A stretch of 64,000 nt of DNA, taken from the NCBI GenBank assembly GCA_045605445.1, contig JAZUPZ010000021.1:31288-95287 (forward strand), written 5' to 3'. How positions within the stretch are numbered: position 1 is the stretch's first letter; each line of letters opens with the position of its first letter. Under the pieces are notes generated by a model that was not told the DNA's origin, searched no databases, and was given only the letters and a program-made list of their open reading frames with translations. The DNA comes from Clostridia bacterium (GTDB lineage: Bacteria > Bacillota > Clostridia > RGIG6154). The translations under genes were made by a program, and so were the position numbers. Shown here piece by piece: positions 60,303 through 64,000 of the stretch.

Positions 60303-62489
60303 ATGACAGGTGATAAATTGAGTAACTTAAATGAAAAACAACTTGAAGCTGTTAGAACAACCGAAGGACCTGTGCTTATTCTTGCAGGCGCAGGAAGCGG
60401 AAAAACGACAGTTCTTATTAACAGAATTGCTTATATGATAAACGAATGTGGAATTTCTCCGTGGAATATTCTTACAATAACGTTTACAAATAAAGCTGCA
60501 AACGAGATAAAAGAAAGACTTCTGAATACAGTTGGTAAAGGTTCGGAAGAAATATGGGCAGGTACTTTTCATTCTACTTGTGTCAGAATGCTGAGAAAAT
60601 ATGCTGACAGAATAGGATATAAATCCGGTTTTGCCATTTACGATTCAGCCGATCAGATTACATTGGTTAAAGATTGCATCAAAGAATTAAATTTCAGTGA
60701 TAAGGATTTTCCACCAAGAAGCGTTATTGCTGTTATAAGTGACGCAAAAGACAAATTAATAACTCCCGGTGCATTTGAAATTTCTGCAAGCTCGGATTTC
60801 CGATTAGTAAAAATTGCAAAAATTTACAGCTTATACCAGAAAAAATTACAAAAATTCAATGCAATGGATTTTGATGACCTTATTGTGAATACGGTTAGAA
60901 TTTTAGAGGAAAATCCAGATGTTCTTGAATACTACCAGAAAAAGTTCAAGTATATAATGGTTGACGAATATCAGGATACTTCTCACAGTCAATTCAGATT
61001 TATATATAATCTCGCTAAGGCACACAAGAATATTTGCGTTGTTGGTGATGACGATCAGTCTATATACCGTTTCAGAGGAGCTGATATAAGCAACATACTG
61101 AGTTTTGAAGAAAAGTTTGAGGGTGCCAAGGTTATTAAACTTGAACAGAATTATCGTTCTGTTCAGCCTATTCTTGATGCTGCAAATGCAGTTATTAAAA
61201 ACAATCGCGGAAGAAAGTCAAAAGCCCTCTGGACTGAAAATAAGAGTAATGAAAAAATAAATTACTTCAATTCTGAAAACGAACGCGAGGAGGCTTATTT
61301 TATTGCAGATAAAATAAAAAGCCTTGTAGAAAACGACGGATATAAATATAGTGATTTTGCAGTGCTGTTCAGAATGAATGCGCAGTCACGTGTAATTGAA
61401 GAATCATTTATGAGAAGCGCAGTTCCTTACAGACTTTTGTCAGGTATCAAGTTTTATGAAAGAAAAGAAATTAAAGATATTATAGCCTATCTCAGACTTA
61501 TATTGAATACATCTGACGATATAAGTTTAACAAGAATTATAAACGAACCTAAACGTTCTATAGGTAAAACCACTGTGGAAAAGGTTTCGGCATTTGCTGC
61601 CGCTAATAGTCTTAGTATGTTTGATGTTCTTAATCATGTGGTTGAATTTGATGAGCTGAGAAAGAGTGCGGCAAAGATTATTGCATTTACAAAAATGATT
61701 AACGGAATAAGAGCGCAGGTAAACGATCTGTCTGTTACGGAAATCATTAACAGAGTTTTTGATGAAAGCGGATATATGAGCGCTCTTGAAGCAGAAAATA
61801 CCGTTGAGTCAAAAACAAGAATAGAAAACCTGAAGGAATTCCTTACAGTTGCCCTTGAATTCGAAAAAAATGTTGAATTCGGAACACTTGCAGAGTTTCT
61901 TGAAGGCGTATCATTGGTTTCTGATATTGATTCTTATGATGAAAATCAGGATGCAGTTGTTGTAATGACCCTTCACGGTGCAAAAGGTCTTGAGTTTCCG
62001 GTTGTGTTTCTTGCAGGAATGGAAGAGGGAATTTTTCCGTCTCAGAGGTCAATGCTTGAAATGGAAGAAATTGAAGAGGAACGTCGTCTTTGTTATGTTG
62101 GTATCACAAGGGCAAAGAAAAAACTTTATCTTATAAGCTCTTCGTCGCGTACGATATTCGGAAGTACAACACATAATCCGAAATCCAGGTTTGTTGCTGA
62201 AATTCCTGATGAACTTATGGAGGACCTGGGCACCACAAGAAGAAACACTGTAAGCATAAATAATCATTCATCCGGTACTATTTTTAATAATATCAATCAG
62301 AAGCAACCATCTGTTGCAGCTGATTTGCCCGATTATAAAGTAGGAGACAGAGTTAAGCATTTTAAATTTGGCGAAGGAATTATAACATCTGTTCAGCCTA
62401 TGGGAAATGATATGAAACTTTCGGTTGCCTTTGATACAGCCGGAAGTAAAAATATGATGGCTGTTTTTGCCAAACTTAGAAAAATATAA
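60303..62489 (+). CDS. pcrA: ATP-dependent DNA helicase PcrA/UvrD
   Basis: AGAGSGKT, VDEYQDT, VGDDDQSIYRFRGA, TLHGAKGLEF, EERRLCYVG. Confidence 0.97.
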   Translation: MTGDKLSNLNEKQLEAVRTTEGPVLILAGAGSGKTTVLINRIAYMINECGISPWNILTITFTNKAANEIKERLLNTVGKGSEEIWAGTFHSTCVRMLRKYADRIGYKSGFAIYDSADQITLVKDCIKELNFSDKDFPPRSVIAVISDAKDKLITPGAFEISASSDFRLVKIAKIYSLYQKKLQKFNAMDFDDLIVNTVRILEENPDVLEYYQKKFKYIMVDEYQDTSHSQFRFIYNLAKAHKNICVVGDDDQSIYRFRGADISNILSFEEKFEGAKVIKLEQNYRSVQPILDAANAVIKNNRGRKSKALWTENKSNEKINYFNSENEREEAYFIADKIKSLVENDGYKYSDFAVLFRMNAQSRVIEESFMRSAVPYRLLSGIKFYERKEIKDIIAYLRLILNTSDDISLTRIINEPKRSIGKTTVEKVSAFAAANSLSMFDVLNHVVEFDELRKSAAKIIAFTKMINGIRAQVNDLSVTEIINRVFDESGYMSALEAENTVESKTRIENLKEFLTVALEFEKNVEFGTLAEFLEGVSLVSDIDSYDENQDAVVVMTLHGAKGLEFPVVFLAGMEEGIFPSQRSMLEMEEIEEERRLCYVGITRAKKKLYLISSSSRTIFGSTTHNPKSRFVAEIPDELMEDLGTTRRNTVSINNHSSGTIFNNINQKQPSVAADLPDYKVGDRVKHFKFGEGIITSVQPMGNDMKLSVAFDTAGSKNMMAVFAKLRKI

Positions 62490-62515
62490 AGATTTATTAG
62501 GGATGGAGTAAAAAC

Positions 62516-63238
62516 GTGTATAATAATTTTGCTAAAGTGTACGACAGACTTACCGACGATGTTGATTATGACGGAATTTACAGGTATCTGAAAGAAATTT
62601 TTATAAGATATGGTGAAAATCCTGAACTTGTCCTTGAACTTGCCTGCGGGACAGGAAATTTCACCAGAAGGTTAATTGACGGCGGTTACGATGTGATTGC
62701 TATTGACAATTCTGTTGAAATGCTGGATGTGGCAAGAGAGAAATGTCCGGAAGCATTACTTCTTGAACAGGATATGACGGATTTTGAACTTTACGGAACT
62801 GTTGATGCTATAATATGCATTTTAGACGGTGTAAACTATATAACTGACAAAAGAAAGCTCGCGAGGATGTTCAGACTTGTGAAAAACTATCTTAACTATG
62901 ACGGATTGTTTATATTTGATATAAACAGTGAATATAAACTCAAAAATACCATTGGTAACAATGTTTTTGTGCGTTCTGAAGAAGATATTTTTTATACCTG
63001 GGAAAATGAAGTCAGAAAAGACAGGGTTGATTTTTACCTTACATTTTTCAACAGAATAGGTGAACATTATGAAAGATTTGAAGAAATACATACAGAACGT
63101 ATATATGCTGTTTCTGAAATGAAAACAATGATCAAAGATTCCGGACTGGAACTTGTTGGGGTATTTTCAAACCTTAAATTTGTCAGCCCGTCGAAAAAAG
63201 ACGAACGAATTTTCTTTGTAGTACGAAAAAAATCTTGA
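62516..63238 (+). CDS. class I SAM-dependent methyltransferase
   Basis: VLELACGTG, IDNSVEML, QDM, FIFDIN; GTG start. Confidence 0.88.
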   Translation: MYNNFAKVYDRLTDDVDYDGIYRYLKEIFIRYGENPELVLELACGTGNFTRRLIDGGYDVIAIDNSVEMLDVAREKCPEALLLEQDMTDFELYGTVDAIICILDGVNYITDKRKLARMFRLVKNYLNYDGLFIFDINSEYKLKNTIGNNVFVRSEEDIFYTWENEVRKDRVDFYLTFFNRIGEHYERFEEIHTERIYAVSEMKTMIKDSGLELVGVFSNLKFVSPSKKDERIFFVVRKKS

Positions 63239-63263
63239 CATAAAATGATATGTATGGTAATAT
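63235..63263 (+). promoter_or_regulatory. sigma-A promoter for csp
   Basis: TTGACA-17-TAATAT with TG. Confidence 0.75.
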
Positions 63264-63324
63264 TTACTTGCGTGATAACACGACAAAAGATAATATGTAA
63301 GGCTTGTTGAAAGGAATGATTTTA

Positions 63325-63525
63325 ATGGCAAACGGTAAGGTAAAATGGTTTAACTCCGAAAAAGGCTACGGCTTTATTGAGAGTGAAGACGGAACAGATG
63401 TTTTCGTTCATTTTTCTGCGATTGAAATGGACGGATACAAAACACTTGAAGAAGGAGCAGAGGTTACTTTTGAAGTAAGCGAAGGCGCTAAAGGTCCTCA
63501 GGCTTCTAACGTTAAGAAAGCGTAA
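63325..63525 (+). CDS. cold-shock protein
   Basis: [23 protein letters not shown]; 66 aa. Confidence 0.97.
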   Translation: MANGKVKWFNSEKGYGFIESEDGTDVFVHFSAIEMDGYKTLEEGAEVTFEVSEGAKGPQASNVKKA

Positions 63526-63592
63526 TCAAGCTCATAGCTTAAATATATATATTGTTTTATACAGCATAAATATTTCTACACTTTGTGACGTG

Positions 63593-63621
63593 AAAAAGAC
63601 CATTTTTGATGGTCTTTTTTT
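63593..63621 (+). terminator. terminator after csp
   Basis: AAAAAGACCAT/ATGGTCTTTTT. Confidence 0.85.
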
Positions 63622-63667
63622 GTTCTAAATTTGTACAACCTGTAATAGTATTAAACAGGTGATACGA

Positions 63668-64000
63668 GTGTTTGAACAAATAAAAGACAAGTATGAAAAT
63701 TTACAGGAAATAAGGGTGAGGTGCGGTAAAAATATAATTGTTAAGGCAAATAATGCGGAATATTTGGAAAATACGGTAGTGGATAAGGAGTATATCGAAA
63801 ACTTGCTTTCATATTTTACTTCGGATTCTATGTATGCATTCAAACAGGAAATAAGTGAGGGGTTTGTTACTGTAAAAGGCGGAAACCGCGTAGGCATATG
63901 CGGGAAATGTGTTATGAAAAACGGCTTGGTTGAACATATTAAAGAAATATCTTCTGTAAACATAAGATTTGCAAGGGAATTTATAGGTTGTGCAGATTTG
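63668..64000 (+). CDS. spoIIIAA: stage III sporulation protein AA, 5' part (runs off window; not in ORF track)
   Basis: GTG after AGGTGA; QEIRVR, SMYAFKQEISEGFVTVKGGNRVGICG, SSVNIRFARE..GCAD. Confidence 0.88.
   Translation, partial: MFEQIKDKYENLQEIRVRCGKNIIVKANNAEYLENTVVDKEYIENLLSYFTSDSMYAFKQEISEGFVTVKGGNRVGICGKCVMKNGLVEHIKEISSVNIRFAREFIGCADL

Noticed and set aside
1197-63963. Many 60-215 aa alternative-frame and antisense ORFs in the track
   Set aside because: They are shadows of well-supported genes, without RBS or motifs
1-64000. CRISPR arrays, tRNA/rRNA genes, transposases, prophage or defence genes
   Set aside because: None seen; all long ORFs are accounted for and intergenic gaps are short

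Overview
Core-chromosome segment of a low-GC, spore-forming Clostridia-type bacterium (sigH, ylmC/ymxH, ricT, spoIIIAA). Most genes lie on the + strand. Housekeeping blocks: L7Ae-rpsL-rpsG-fusA-tuf; polA-coaE-slt; secA-prfB-prfA; infC-rpmI-rplT with L20 leader; ecfA1A2T-truA-rho; recD2-comF-queG; holB-ricT-fdx-trmN6-rsmI; pcrA; csp. Sugar genes are interspersed: FAD oxidoreductase-fucU, DeoR with a GH78-like gene, fkp, uxaBAC, aldose epimerase, nucleotidyltransferase and three esterases. I saw no rRNA, tRNA, CRISPR array, transposase or prophage. The most unusual observations are: (1) the prfB +1 frameshift site reads CTT TAA C instead of the usual CTT TGA C, and prfA lies 17 nt downstream of prfB, suggesting a possible joint RF1/RF2 feedback circuit; (2) a 242-bp structured non-coding insert flanked by 27-bp direct repeats that duplicate a terminator and the NUDIX stop codon; (3) a GC-rich, palindrome-dense leader of about 230 nt ahead of the ABM-polA genes; (4) two unannotated small ORFs; (5) several apparently degenerate enzymes. 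All calls come from reading motifs by eye; no searches were run.
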